DNA of 64,000 nt from an uncultured Patescibacteria group bacterium (GTDB lineage Bacteria; Patescibacteriota; Microgenomatia; UBA1400; PJMF01): assembly GCA_905478415.1 (NCBI GenBank), contig CAJQIG010000002.1:5573-69572 (forward strand), read 5' to 3'. A program made the position numbers and the translations under genes. Below, one piece after another: positions 1 to 9,766 of the stretch (within the stretch, counting starts at the first letter, position 1; each line of letters starts with the position of its first letter). The notes under the pieces are model-generated. The model was not told the DNA's origin. It saw only the letters and a program-made list of their open reading frames with translations, and did not search any database.

Positions 1-1005
1 TTTGACCTTACATTTGTACCGGCAATCACTGGTCCCGAAGTTGAAAAAGCTGTGGAGGCTCTAGTTCCTGGCCAATTTCTTTTACTAGAAAACCTGCGAT
101 TTGATCCCAGCGAAAAGAAAAACCTGGCTCCGTTTGCAAAATCACTCGCACAACTCGCTGATGTCTATATTAATGATGCCTTTTCAACTGCCCACAGGTC
201 TCACGCTTCAACGACTGGAATTACCGAATATATACCTGCCTATGCCGGATTAGCTCTCCAAAAAGAAGTTGAAACCCTTTCTGAACTGACCGAAAACCCT
301 CAAAAACCCCTAGTTGTGGTACTTGGTGGTGCGAAAATTTCTGATAAAGTTGCAGCCGCAGAGAAACTGCTCACTATTGCTGATATTGTGCTTGTTGGAG
401 GTGCAGTAGCAAACAGTTTCCTCAAGGCAGAAGGACTTGAAATTCATAAATCTTTTATTGAAGATGCTTCAGCTGACCTCAAAAAACAAAATATTAACTA
501 CACTACAGTAGCTCGAGACCTGATGGAAGCCCACCGAACAGAAAAAATGCTTCTTAAAGGCTATATCCCGCTTCCAAAAATAATTTATCCTGTTGATGTT
601 ATCGCTGCGCCGTCACTCGATACCCACAAAAAAACCGATGTACAAATACTCGACCTCACTAAAGATATGGCAGATACTCCGAACGATAAAGATCTTTTAT
701 ACCTAGATATCGGTCCAAAAACCATGCATTTATATGCTGAAATTCTAAAACAAGCTCAAACAGTTTTCTGGAATGGCCCCATGGGGGTCTGGGAAAACCC
801 ACTCTTCGCTGCTGGTTCTACCCTCATTGGCAAAGCAATTGGGAAAGTACCTCACTCAATTATTGGTGGAGGCGATACTATTTCATGTGTACGCCATTTC
901 AAACTCGAGAAAACATACACCTATGTATCTGCAGCGGGCGGAGCTGCTCTCGCTTTTTTAGGTGGAGAACAGCTGCCAGGCTTACTACCACTCACTAAAA
1001 AGTAG
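1..1005 (+). CDS. pgk: Phosphoglycerate kinase, C-terminal portion (5' end lies outside the window)
   Basis: Frame 1 is open from base 1. The translation FDPSEKKNLAPFAKSLAQLADVYINDAFSTAHRSHAST...GGGDT matches conserved PGK hinge and C-domain motifs. The track's GTG at 52 is internal. Confidence 0.85.
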   Translation, partial: FDLTFVPAITGPEVEKAVEALVPGQFLLLENLRFDPSEKKNLAPFAKSLAQLADVYINDAFSTAHRSHASTTGITEYIPAYAGLALQKEVETLSELTENPQKPLVVVLGGAKISDKVAAAEKLLTIADIVLVGGAVANSFLKAEGLEIHKSFIEDASADLKKQNINYTTVARDLMEAHRTEKMLLKGYIPLPKIIYPVDVIAAPSLDTHKKTDVQILDLTKDMADTPNDKDLLYLDIGPKTMHLYAEILKQAQTVFWNGPMGVWENPLFAAGSTLIGKAIGKVPHSIIGGGDTISCVRHFKLEKTYTYVSAAGGAALAFLGGEQLPGLLPLTKK

Positions 1006-1055
1006 CTCTCTTCAAGATTGCTCATTGACGACAGTACCAAAAACTATGTATTCTG

Positions 1056-2963
1056 ATGTATAAGCTGTTTTTTGTGCCTTCTTTGGCACTCAGAAAGCCA
1101 ACACACATGATTAGCGCATCAACAGACACACCAGCCACACCAACAGAAAACCAACCAGTTATGGCAACTACGCCTGTTAATAACGCTCCAACCCCTCCTA
1201 GAGCACCTCAAAAGACTAGTAGTCTTCCTTTGAAAATGATTCTGGGAATTGCATTGTTACTTCTACTTGTTTTAGGAAGTGGCGTTGGACTCTATCTTTC
1301 ACAACAAAGTCAAAATATTCGTCCTCAAGCAGCAATAGCCTGTGGAAACATTACTTGTAAAGATGGCAGAACAGCAGGCTCTGACTGTAGTGCTCCTCAA
1401 TCTAGCTGTGAAAAACGCGCTGAAGAATTCTGTGGAGTTGGAAATGTTCAAAGTACTAGCTCTAACCCTTCTTCGTGTGATGGAGGTAGTTCTTCAAGCT
1501 GTGCATATCCATACTGCGATGCTACTTGCGGTGATACAAGTTGTTCAGTTTCTTGTCAATCAGGAACAAGCTGTACAACTGGTAAAAATACATTCGTTTG
1601 TAGCGGAAAAAGTGGTTCTGGTTGTAATGAAGCAATGGGCAGTTATCTTCCAGCTCTTTCAAATAACTCTGGTAGTGTTGGTACTATTACTGAAGAAAAA
1701 TGGTGTACGACTATTCAACTTGACGCTTGGGCTAAAAATTCAGGCGGCAGTGCACAAGAAACCGCTGCTCGAGTCGTCTATATTGGTGATAATGGAGCTG
1801 TTTGTGTTGAAGGCACTGGCTGTAACCCTGACGACTTAGACTGGGACTGTTCAAAAACTCCTCCTGCTGGAACCTACACTTCTGCTTGTTCCCCTGCTAC
1901 TCAAACAGTTGGTAACTTAAGCTATCAGCTTAAAATCACCGGTACGCAACCTAAAGATGTAGGAGAAGTTGTCTTTTTCCTTGGATTTTATGGTAAATAC
2001 TATAACAAAGAGCTTACAGATGGTTTCTTAGGCAAACCAACTTGGTCAGTGACTTCTTGTCAGGCAAGTGTTGAAGGACCTGATAAATGGTGTGGATACT
2101 GGTTGAAACAAGTAAGTGACCCAAATCGTACTGCTGGTGGAGACACTATTACTTGGACCTGGGATGGATCTTTCAAACAACCAGCTCTTGATAACAAAAC
2201 TATTAATGAAATTGCCACAAAAATTGCAGCCATGAAAGCTGCAGGCACATTAGCCGCAGACTATAAAGTCCCTGTTCACGTCGAGTACCGACTACCCGAT
2301 GGATCTAGATATTCAGAAATGGGCACCCAATTCTTAGATATTTCTCCATACGCTTGTGCTCCTAAACCAAGCCCAACGCCGACACCTACTCCTACGCCAA
2401 CCCCGACCCCTACTCCGACGCCTACCCCTACCCCAACGCCTACACCTACTCCAACCCCAGGAGTGACTCCAACGCCGACGCCGACACCTACCCCGACACC
2501 GACACCAACGCCAACGCCGACACCTACCCCAATTGGCCCAATGTGTATGTCTATCACAATGCAAACACCTGCTGGCCAGCCAGTCAGAACCCCTAATGTC
2601 GGAAATACGGTACAGTTTACATGTGGACAAGTTGCTGGTGTAACTGATTACCAATTCAGAGTCATCACTCCAAGCCTAGCAGCAGTCACTGTCGAATCAT
2701 CTGGAAACATCTCTGTCCCTTATACAATAGAGGAGTTTGGAAGATACTATGCTCAGTGCAGAATCTGTCCAACAACTGGAGATGGAGTCCTCTGCCAAGA
2801 TTGGGAACCAGTTCCGGTAGTGTTCGAAGACACAGTTCAACAGTTGGGTGCTCCTCCAAGATCAGAAGTTATGAGTCGCGAATCAGAAACAATTCAACCG
2901 GTCATTGATGAAATACCAGAGAGAACTCAGTCAGATCGCTCACTAGATGTAATGACAAGATAG
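1056..2963 (+). CDS. Membrane-anchored or secreted cysteine-rich surface protein with a long PT linker; paralogous to the N-terminal half of 4530-7040
   Basis: N-terminal hydrophobic helix [26 protein letters not shown] is near-identical to residues ~95-125 of the 4530-7040 product. A Cys-rich module ([23 protein letters not shown]...) and a ~55-residue (PT)n linker are present. No LPXTG at the C-terminus. Start is uncertain (an alternative ATG lies at ~1107). Confidence 0.6.
   Translation: MYKLFFVPSLALRKPTHMISASTDTPATPTENQPVMATTPVNNAPTPPRAPQKTSSLPLKMILGIALLLLLVLGSGVGLYLSQQSQNIRPQAAIACGNITCKDGRTAGSDCSAPQSSCEKRAEEFCGVGNVQSTSSNPSSCDGGSSSSCAYPYCDATCGDTSCSVSCQSGTSCTTGKNTFVCSGKSGSGCNEAMGSYLPALSNNSGSVGTITEEKWCTTIQLDAWAKNSGGSAQETAARVVYIGDNGAVCVEGTGCNPDDLDWDCSKTPPAGTYTSACSPATQTVGNLSYQLKITGTQPKDVGEVVFFLGFYGKYYNKELTDGFLGKPTWSVTSCQASVEGPDKWCGYWLKQVSDPNRTAGGDTITWTWDGSFKQPALDNKTINEIATKIAAMKAAGTLAADYKVPVHVEYRLPDGSRYSEMGTQFLDISPYACAPKPSPTPTPTPTPTPTPTPTPTPTPTPTPTPTPGVTPTPTPTPTPTPTPTPTPTPTPIGPMCMSITMQTPAGQPVRTPNVGNTVQFTCGQVAGVTDYQFRVITPSLAAVTVESSGNISVPYTIEEFGRYYAQCRICPTTGDGVLCQDWEPVPVVFEDTVQQLGAPPRSEVMSRESETIQPVIDEIPERTQSDRSLDVMTR
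2366..2532 (+). repeat. Imperfect hexanucleotide (CCNACN)n repeat encoding a PT linker
   Basis: The run ccaacgccgacacctactcctacgccaaccccgacccctact... is directly visible. Its reverse complement generates the spurious GV-repeat ORF 2276-2557. Confidence 0.9.
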
Positions 2964-2985
2964 AAACTAACAACATAGTACAAAA

Positions 2986-4503
2986 ATGGAAACACAAAAC
3001 AACCAAACACCAGCATTCTATACAAAAACTCCAAATGAGAATTCTGGAGCAATGAATACTGGTACACCAAACCAGCCTCCTTCAAGAAAACCTATTACTA
3101 GGTCCAAATCGAAGTATGTCATGGCGATACTAGCTGTCTTCCTTTTTGTCATCGTTGGTGCTGCAGGAATTTTAATTTCCCAGCGACAGCGACAAGTTGC
3201 TGGCCCGGTAGCTCCAACAGCTCCAGAGTCAAAACCAAAAGCAGCTCGAGAAATCGAAGAAAGCTGTACGCTTGTCTTTGATGTTCCCGAACCAACTCCA
3301 ACACCAAGCCCAACCCCTACTCCAGTTCCTAGTGATAAAGCTAAATGTATTAGTAAAGAAACATACTACGCTGCTGAAGCTACTTCATCAGCAAGAGTAG
3401 TTGCTGATGCAGCTATGGTCGATCCAAAAGCCCCTCTTCCAGTGGGCACGGTACTTGAATACAGAATTACCGTTCGATCCCAAGGTACTACCACTGGTGA
3501 AGTCAATGTTATTGATACTTTGCCCGATGCAGTTGCATTTATCCCAGATGCAGATGCAAATACTCCAGATTGGATTGTTGATGACGAAGGTCGATTAACA
3601 ACAAACCTTGGAGTTCTAGAAGCAGGCGAACAGGTACTAAAAATAGTTGTCAGAGTAATTAAAGAATCTGCCGGCTTAAGTGGAACAGGTCTCACTTTCA
3701 AAAATCAGGTAGCTGTCACTACAGAACCAAGTACTACAACTGGCCGCGTTCACATGAGTGAGTGTGAAGTCACTAATGTTCTTCCAGAACCAACTCCTAG
3801 CCCAACGCCGACCCCTACTCCAACCCCCACACCGACGCCAACACCAACACCTACCCCTACGCCTGATGTAACTCCTACACCAACGCCAACCCCAACACCA
3901 GGAGTAACACCAACGCCTACGCCAGTCGTGTACTCATGTGGTAGCGTCTGTGAAACTGATGATCAGTGCCAGACTGGTAACGCAAGTCACTTCTGTAGTA
4001 ATGAGTTCGGCAACACTTGCAGACTCTACAGCAATCCATCAGATGCCAATTGTGAACCTGTGGTTGAAACCTATGCTTGTAACAGTACTTGCTCAACTGA
4101 TGAACAATGCTACACAGCCAATCCAAACTATGTCTGTAATGAAGGAGCCTGTCGCTTAGCTGAAAATACAGCTGCCACAAACTGTCTCCCCGTAGCCTAT
4201 GTTCCACCAGCTCCAGCTGTTGGCTGCAATGAAGTTTGTGAAACCAACGCTGACTGTAGCCAGGTTGACCATATCTGCTACACCACGGCTGACGGCACAA
4301 ACCGCTGTAGAACTGAAGAATACGTAAACAGCTCAACCTGTTCTGCTCCTCCTGCAACACAAACTGTCTATACAACTGTTGCTCAAGTACAGCCAGAATT
4401 ACCAGCTGAACTACCAAAGACAGGTGCATTCGACCTAGCTAACTGGCTCAAAGCAGGACTGGTCACACTTGGACTTGGAGCTGCACTCTTACTCTTGTTA
4501 TAA
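2986..4503 (+). CDS. LPXTG cell-wall-anchored surface protein with a DUF11-like repeat domain, PT linkers and three 6-Cys modules; paralogous to the C-terminal half of 4530-7040
   Basis: C-terminal LPKTG followed by a hydrophobic stretch ([26 protein letters not shown]) is a sortase sorting signal. An N-terminal TM helix is present. The segment [30 protein letters not shown] resembles a DUF11/conserved repeat domain. Three modules of the form C-x3-C-x5-C-x7-8-C-x6-8-C-x9-C are present. Confidence 0.7.
   Translation: METQNNQTPAFYTKTPNENSGAMNTGTPNQPPSRKPITRSKSKYVMAILAVFLFVIVGAAGILISQRQRQVAGPVAPTAPESKPKAAREIEESCTLVFDVPEPTPTPSPTPTPVPSDKAKCISKETYYAAEATSSARVVADAAMVDPKAPLPVGTVLEYRITVRSQGTTTGEVNVIDTLPDAVAFIPDADANTPDWIVDDEGRLTTNLGVLEAGEQVLKIVVRVIKESAGLSGTGLTFKNQVAVTTEPSTTTGRVHMSECEVTNVLPEPTPSPTPTPTPTPTPTPTPTPTPTPDVTPTPTPTPTPGVTPTPTPVVYSCGSVCETDDQCQTGNASHFCSNEFGNTCRLYSNPSDANCEPVVETYACNSTCSTDEQCYTANPNYVCNEGACRLAENTAATNCLPVAYVPPAPAVGCNEVCETNADCSQVDHICYTTADGTNRCRTEEYVNSSTCSAPPATQTVYTTVAQVQPELPAELPKTGAFDLANWLKAGLVTLGLGAALLLLL
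3787..3925 (+). repeat. PT-linker-encoding (CCNACN)n repeat
   Basis: The run ccaactcctagcccaacgccgacccctactccaacccccacaccgacgccaacaccaacacct is directly visible. Confidence 0.85.
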
Positions 4504-4529
4504 AAATAGTACTTTAGAGAAGTAGAACT

Positions 4530-7040
4530 ATGATCAACGCATCAGGCATCGGAACGAACACGACACCAACTCCTCAGGGAATTCCTCCAATGCCAGGTGT
4601 TAATGGTCCTACACCCCCCTCCTTCAATCTCAACCAAGCTAACATCCCCAAAGAAAAGGCTAAAGCTGAAATAGCCAAGCCCGTTTCACCAGTAGCAGGT
4701 CAGCCGGCAGGTGCTCCAGTAACTGGACCCAAATTTCCAGATGCTGCAAAAGCTCCTATAACCACTTCTAATAATGGTGGTAACTCGCACCGTAAGAGAA
4801 AAGGCTCATTGAAAATTATCATTGGGGCTATTCTTTTATTCATTCTCGTATTAGGTAGTGGCGTCGGGTTATATCTTTCACAACAGAGTCAAGATATCGC
4901 TCCTCAGGCTGCTATTGTTTGTGGAAGTATTACCTGTACTGATGGCCGTAGTGCTGGCTCGGACTGCAGTGCTCCTCAGGCTGACTGTCAGCAACGTGCT
5001 AGAGAATTTTGTGGCAGCGATGAACAAGTCGCAAGTAAAGGTACAAAACCAGAATGGTGTGGCGGTGGTGGTGATACTTGCGCAACTTCAGACTGTCGTG
5101 GAACCTGTAATAACAACCCTTCTTGTAGTTTAACTGGTAACTGCAGTAAATGCAGTGGAACTGAAAAAGGAACTAAAACCTTCTACTGTGAAGGTAAAAG
5201 TGGCTCTGGTTGTAACGATGCTATGGGTAGCTATATGCCAGAATTTTCAAATCAATCTGGAAGTCTTGGTACTATTACTAAGGAAAAATGGTGCACTACT
5301 GTTCAGCTAGACGCTTTTGGCCCCGCTGGAAGTGATGCTCGAGTCGTCTACATCGGTAATAATGGACAAGTCTGTGTCGAAGGTAAATGTGATGACTACA
5401 AGAATGCTGAATTTTGGAACTGTGATCCACCAGCTTCTCCAACTCCTCCAGCTGGAACCTACACTTCTGCTTGTGCTCCTGCTACTCAGACTGTTGGTAA
5501 CTTAAGTTACAACCTTAAGATTACCGGAACTCAACCAGCAGATCTTGGACCTGTAGTTTTCTTCCTCGGATTTTACGGTAAATACTATAATAAAGAATTA
5601 ACTGATGGTTTTCTAGGTAAACCAACCTGGTCTGATACCTGCCAAGCAGGTATTGAAGGCGAAAGTAAATGGTGTGGATATTGGCTAAAACAAGTCAGTG
5701 ATCCAAACCCTGCTGCTGGTGGTGACACTATCTCCTGGACATGGGATGGCACCCATAAACAACCAGCCATTGACAACAAAACCATCAACGAAATTGCCAC
5801 AAAAATTGCAGCTATGAAAGCTGCAGGCACATTAGCCGCAGACTATAAAGTCCCTGTTCATGTCGAGTACCGACTACCTGATGGAACAAAATACAAAGGC
5901 ATGGGTACCCAATTCTTAGATATCACTCCTAGTGCTTGTGCTCCCGAGCCAAGCCCAACACCTAAGGCTGACCCCAGTCCTACGCCACTGGTCACACCAA
6001 CACCTACTCCGACACCAAGTCCAACGCCAACCCCTACCCCAGAGCCTGGTACCGCAGCTTGTGTGTGGAAACGTGCCTACACCAGTTACCGTGGTGACAC
6101 TGATGCGGCCCGATTGACTGTGGCTGACACCATTAATCCCGGAGATGAGTTTTTCTATCGAACTCGAATCACAGCTAGTACAACAGGTGTCATTGGTGCT
6201 GTTTCTCTCTTAGATGTACTACCAACTGGTATCACCTATGTGCCTGACGCACATAACACAACTGGAATTGAGTATAATGAGGCCGACAACTCTATTTCAA
6301 TGAGTTATGACACTCTTACTGACTACAAAGTCGTCAATTTCAAAGTTATGGTTAACGAGGATGTCGCAGATCAGACTACTATTGCTAACACAGCAATAAT
6401 CACCAATAGTAATAAAGCTTTGGAAGTCAGTGAATGTTCGACCGACATACTTATCTCAGATATTCCTCCAGAACCAACATACGAATGTAACTCACCATGT
6501 AGTGATGACTCCCAATGTCAGACAGCAAACGCCGAATACACTTGTAGTGTTGAAGATGGCAATGTCTGCCGACTCGACAGCAATAGAGCAGATGATATGT
6601 GTCAACCAAAGCCACTCACCTATTCTTGTAACTCTAGTTGTGAAACTGACACCGAATGTCAGACAGCGAATGAGAACTACATTTGTCAACCAGACGAGAA
6701 ACTCTGTCGCTTAGTTAGTAATCCGGACGAATCTAACTGTACAAATCCAGTAGCACCTTCCCCATCTCCAGCAATTGGCTGTAATGAAGAATGTTCTACA
6801 AACGCTGACTGTTCAAACAGTAACCACATCTGCTACACGACACCTGAAGGAACTAACCTCTGCAGATTAGAGAGCTACCTCAACAGCTCAAGTTGTACTG
6901 AACCAGTCGTACAAACAATCGTTGTGCAACCAGAGCTTCCACCGGAGCTACCTCAAACTGGCCCAACTAACTGGCTCAACTGGATCAAGACTGGATTCGT
7001 AACTCTGGGAGTTGGAGCAATCTTACTACTACTACTTTAA
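4530..7040 (+). CDS. Large LPXTG-anchored modular surface protein (836 aa); its architecture equals 1056-2963 plus 2986-4503 fused
   Basis: Pro-rich N-terminus, a TM helix, a Cys-rich module homologous to the 1056 product (MGSYMPEFSNQSGSLGTITKEKWCTTVQLDAF), a PT linker, a DUF11-like domain, three 6-Cys modules, then LPQTG plus a hydrophobic tail. Confidence 0.7.
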   Translation: MINASGIGTNTTPTPQGIPPMPGVNGPTPPSFNLNQANIPKEKAKAEIAKPVSPVAGQPAGAPVTGPKFPDAAKAPITTSNNGGNSHRKRKGSLKIIIGAILLFILVLGSGVGLYLSQQSQDIAPQAAIVCGSITCTDGRSAGSDCSAPQADCQQRAREFCGSDEQVASKGTKPEWCGGGGDTCATSDCRGTCNNNPSCSLTGNCSKCSGTEKGTKTFYCEGKSGSGCNDAMGSYMPEFSNQSGSLGTITKEKWCTTVQLDAFGPAGSDARVVYIGNNGQVCVEGKCDDYKNAEFWNCDPPASPTPPAGTYTSACAPATQTVGNLSYNLKITGTQPADLGPVVFFLGFYGKYYNKELTDGFLGKPTWSDTCQAGIEGESKWCGYWLKQVSDPNPAAGGDTISWTWDGTHKQPAIDNKTINEIATKIAAMKAAGTLAADYKVPVHVEYRLPDGTKYKGMGTQFLDITPSACAPEPSPTPKADPSPTPLVTPTPTPTPSPTPTPTPEPGTAACVWKRAYTSYRGDTDAARLTVADTINPGDEFFYRTRITASTTGVIGAVSLLDVLPTGITYVPDAHNTTGIEYNEADNSISMSYDTLTDYKVVNFKVMVNEDVADQTTIANTAIITNSNKALEVSECSTDILISDIPPEPTYECNSPCSDDSQCQTANAEYTCSVEDGNVCRLDSNRADDMCQPKPLTYSCNSSCETDTECQTANENYICQPDEKLCRLVSNPDESNCTNPVAPSPSPAIGCNEECSTNADCSNSNHICYTTPEGTNLCRLESYLNSSSCTEPVVQTIVVQPELPPELPQTGPTNWLNWIKTGFVTLGVGAILLLLL

Positions 7041-7070
7041 ACAGAGTTCACCTATTGAAATAAAGATATG

Positions 7071-7091
7071 AGCCAGGTAAGTTGCCTGGCT
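7071..7091. terminator. Candidate bidirectional hairpin terminator between convergent genes
   Basis: agccagg-taagttg-cctggct is a 7-bp stem. The T-rich tract is on the minus-strand side only. Confidence 0.35.
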
Positions 7092-7122
7092 CATTGTAGT
7101 TAAGCAGCTCTAGCTAGGAGCG

Positions 7123-8127
7123 TTAGTTTACCTGATCAACTGACCTGTACACAGCTTCAGAAATCTCTTTGATTGTTTCTCTCAGCTCAACCATATCAGT
7201 TCCTTTGGACATCACACACAAAATATATGGCTTTTCTGGGTAGTAGATAACTCCGCAATCATGTAATTGTTTTTCTTCTATACCAACCTTACTGAGAATT
7301 CCAAATTTATGTGCAATAACAACTCCTTCTGGCAAACCAGCCACAAGACCATCCTTAAAATCTGCTTGGCTTAAGGTAAAAAGCAGATACTCTGAATTTT
7401 GCCTATAAAGGTATGAGGAATTGTACAAAACTCTAAAGAGAGAAGCATATTGTTTGACAGAAACAAAATCTTGAGGAGTTTCTTTGTACGCTAATGGAAT
7501 ACCTAGGTCACGATGCGTTTTAACCAAGTATTTTTCAGGCACGTCAGTTGCAAGCAATCGATAAGCAATGTTGTCAGAAAGAGTTAAAGCCCTCTCGATC
7601 AGTTGCTTTGCCGTATACGACTCACCCACAACCAAATCATCTTCAGGCTTCAAGTTTGACTCTAACTCCTCTGAATACACGATCTTCTTTAGAAGAGTGC
7701 TTGGCTCATTTTCAAAATACTTCATGTAGGCTATTGCAGTGGGGACTTTTAACAGGCTCTGAGGAGCAAACGTAGCTTCCTCATTGTATCCATACCAAGG
7801 ACCATTTGATAAATCACGATAATAAACACTAATCGTTTCTTCTGAGTTAGCTTCCACAACCTTCTCTACCGCTTCACTCATACTCTTCAGACTCGTATAT
7901 CCTTGATTATTTGTCTGCTCACACTCTAAGAGTGGATTTATAAAGGTAAATCCTGCTTCTCTTTTTTCGATGGAAAAATTTTCGTTCACCTTTGGCAGGA
8001 TTTTTGTTTTTTCTATCAGAGGTGATACAAAAATACCTAAAAAAAAGGTGGTTGATGCAGCTGTTACGGTTAGTAACAAAGTTTTTGCTGTAGGCATGTG
8101 TTTGAATAAAAAAAGTGAGTAGTACAA
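7123..8127 (-). CDS. Class-A beta-lactamase-like serine hydrolase (secreted or membrane-anchored)
   Basis: N-terminal hydrophobic segment. The SxxK-like FAPQSLLKV, the SDN loop LTLSDNIAYRLL and the KTG-like AHKFG occur in class-A order and spacing. Confidence 0.55.
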   Translation of the reverse strand: MYYSLFLFKHMPTAKTLLLTVTAASTTFFLGIFVSPLIEKTKILPKVNENFSIEKREAGFTFINPLLECEQTNNQGYTSLKSMSEAVEKVVEANSEETISVYYRDLSNGPWYGYNEEATFAPQSLLKVPTAIAYMKYFENEPSTLLKKIVYSEELESNLKPEDDLVVGESYTAKQLIERALTLSDNIAYRLLATDVPEKYLVKTHRDLGIPLAYKETPQDFVSVKQYASLFRVLYNSSYLYRQNSEYLLFTLSQADFKDGLVAGLPEGVVIAHKFGILSKVGIEEKQLHDCGVIYYPEKPYILCVMSKGTDMVELRETIKEISEAVYRSVDQVN

Positions 8128-8397
8128 AAACTACTTAGTATTAAAATAACTACTGAGATTTTATCCCACATATCAGTTAATTGATATCAGAAAAAATAAA
8201 TTGCTCTGTTTGACTGTAAGTTAAAAGTTCACTACTTATGAATAAGTTAACTCCCTAAATAATGTAAAAAACAACTTCATTAGTCATAATAATTTAAATT
8301 ATTGGATAATTCATGATATAATTTCTGCTAGTCACTAAGGATATGCCGTGTTGCGGCCTGTTGCTTAGTTGCTCTTTATCAATTCATTCGTTCAAAA

Positions 8398-9729
8398 ATG
8401 GAGAAGCTCATGCCATTATCGATACAAAGTATTCATCAAAAATTTCAGGCATTACAATCAGGGAGAGTTCAATCTCCCCAATATATTCTCTTTCCTGCTG
8501 CAACCCTAAAAATAACTCTCAATTCTGAGTGTACGATTGCTTGTGATGGATGTTTTCATCAATCAAGCAATGAACCATTTAAAAGGTTCTTAGAAACTCG
8601 AAAACTGAGTGTTGAGCAAATGAAAGAACTTATCCTGGAAGCTCAAGTTGAATTTGGAGTTCCTCTAGTTGAATTTTCAGGAGGCGAACCGACCCTAGAC
8701 CGGAAAGCACTGTTAGAACTTATTGCTTTCTGTACTGGGCTTGGAATTAAAACCCGCCTGATTACCAACGGATCTCTAGTTGGAGGTGAAGGAACATACA
8801 AAGAAAGTTTGCGCCCCTATCTCTCACCAGATTTAAAAAATCTGTCTGGCATTCAATATGCCCAAGAATTAAAATTAGCTAGACTAACTTCTGTAATTGT
8901 AAGTATAGATGTCATGCATACCTCTTCGCAGGAAGAACATGCGCTCAGCACATTGCAGCTGCATAACAAAGTGCCTGTCACCATTGTAGGTTTAGCAATT
9001 CGGAATCTCATGTCTGTTGGTTTTGGATTTGAACCAGAAGAAAATGCGGGTAGAGCTAATAAAACACTCCGCATTGGCGTCACAGCTGCAGGAGATGATT
9101 ACAAGCCCTCCTTTGAGCTGGTCAAAACAGCTCTTGGACTTGCAGCGTCAGACTGGGAAGATTTACTCCCTGTTGCTGATGCCAAAACGTACCGTGTTGT
9201 TCAAAGGAAAAGTGGTCAGAGAGTTTACATCCACAGAAATCAAACTGCAGATATTGGATTCGGAAAAACGCTTCCAATAAATCGACTGAGAGGACCACTG
9301 GGAGAAACTGTCTATGACAGAATGTGTTACCACTTTGCAGGGCCCATCGGTAGCGACGGTGGCCCAAATGGTGAACTTTTTGTTGATAATACGGGATATG
9401 TGTATACCTGCCCCATGGGTTCCTACAGGATCGGAAGTGTCCATACACATACGCTTGCAGGAATTGTTGGCTATGTAAATGCTGGCACACCACCCAAAGA
9501 ATACGAAGTTGGAGTTGGTATGTTTCGAATGCTCAAGATGATTGGGTACTTAACCGAGTACTCCAATTCAATGGGCCTGGCATACCAAATTCTGGTGCAC
9601 ATGGATCCCTCGCTTGTGGAAGAAATTGAAAGCCAACGCTCCCACTCGGGGGCCTGTCATACCCTTGGACACAGCAAAAAGTACTTGGATATGCTGACCC
9701 ACTTTTTTGAGAATGAATTGATAGAATAA
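8398..9729 (+). CDS. Radical SAM domain protein of unknown specificity
   Basis: CTIACDGC is the CxxxCxxC cluster. The glycine-rich SAM motif VEFSGGEPTL follows. Only three further Cys, so no SPASM or twitch domain. A long AT-rich intergenic region lies upstream. Confidence 0.7.
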   Translation: MEKLMPLSIQSIHQKFQALQSGRVQSPQYILFPAATLKITLNSECTIACDGCFHQSSNEPFKRFLETRKLSVEQMKELILEAQVEFGVPLVEFSGGEPTLDRKALLELIAFCTGLGIKTRLITNGSLVGGEGTYKESLRPYLSPDLKNLSGIQYAQELKLARLTSVIVSIDVMHTSSQEEHALSTLQLHNKVPVTIVGLAIRNLMSVGFGFEPEENAGRANKTLRIGVTAAGDDYKPSFELVKTALGLAASDWEDLLPVADAKTYRVVQRKSGQRVYIHRNQTADIGFGKTLPINRLRGPLGETVYDRMCYHFAGPIGSDGGPNGELFVDNTGYVYTCPMGSYRIGSVHTHTLAGIVGYVNAGTPPKEYEVGVGMFRMLKMIGYLTEYSNSMGLAYQILVHMDPSLVEEIESQRSHSGACHTLGHSKKYLDMLTHFFENELIE

Positions 9730-9737
9730 CTAATAAA

Positions 9738-9760
9738 CCCGCCAAATCGGCGGGTTTTTT
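9738..9760 (+). terminator. Rho-independent terminator
   Basis: cccgccaaatcggcggg hairpin followed by tttttt immediately after the radical SAM stop. It also lies directly 3' of the minus-strand tRNA. Confidence 0.8.
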
Positions 9761-9766
9761 ACAGTG

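Noticed and set aside
1342-1839. 165-aa plus-strand ORF nested in the 1056-2963 gene
   Set aside because: It sits in an alternative frame inside a well-supported CDS that has a paralog-conserved protein sequence, and it has no motif.
2276-2557. 93-aa minus-strand ORF made almost entirely of GVGVGV repeats (and the overlapping R/W/C-rich ORF 2334-2654)
   Set aside because: They are the reverse-complement reading of the (CCNACN)n PT-linker tract inside the plus-strand surface-protein gene. They are frame artefacts of low-complexity DNA, not genes.
3917-4429. 170-aa Cys-rich minus-strand ORF
   Set aside because: It is the antisense of the 6-Cys-module region of the LPXTG protein gene. Its cysteine richness mirrors the Cys codons on the opposite strand.
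8343-8528. 61-aa ORF beginning MPCCGLLLSC, overlapping the radical SAM start; considered as a RiPP precursor peptide
   Set aside because: It is out of frame and overlaps the first 130 nt of the rSAM CDS. The rSAM lacks a SPASM domain or RiPP recognition element, and there are no maturation or export genes nearby.
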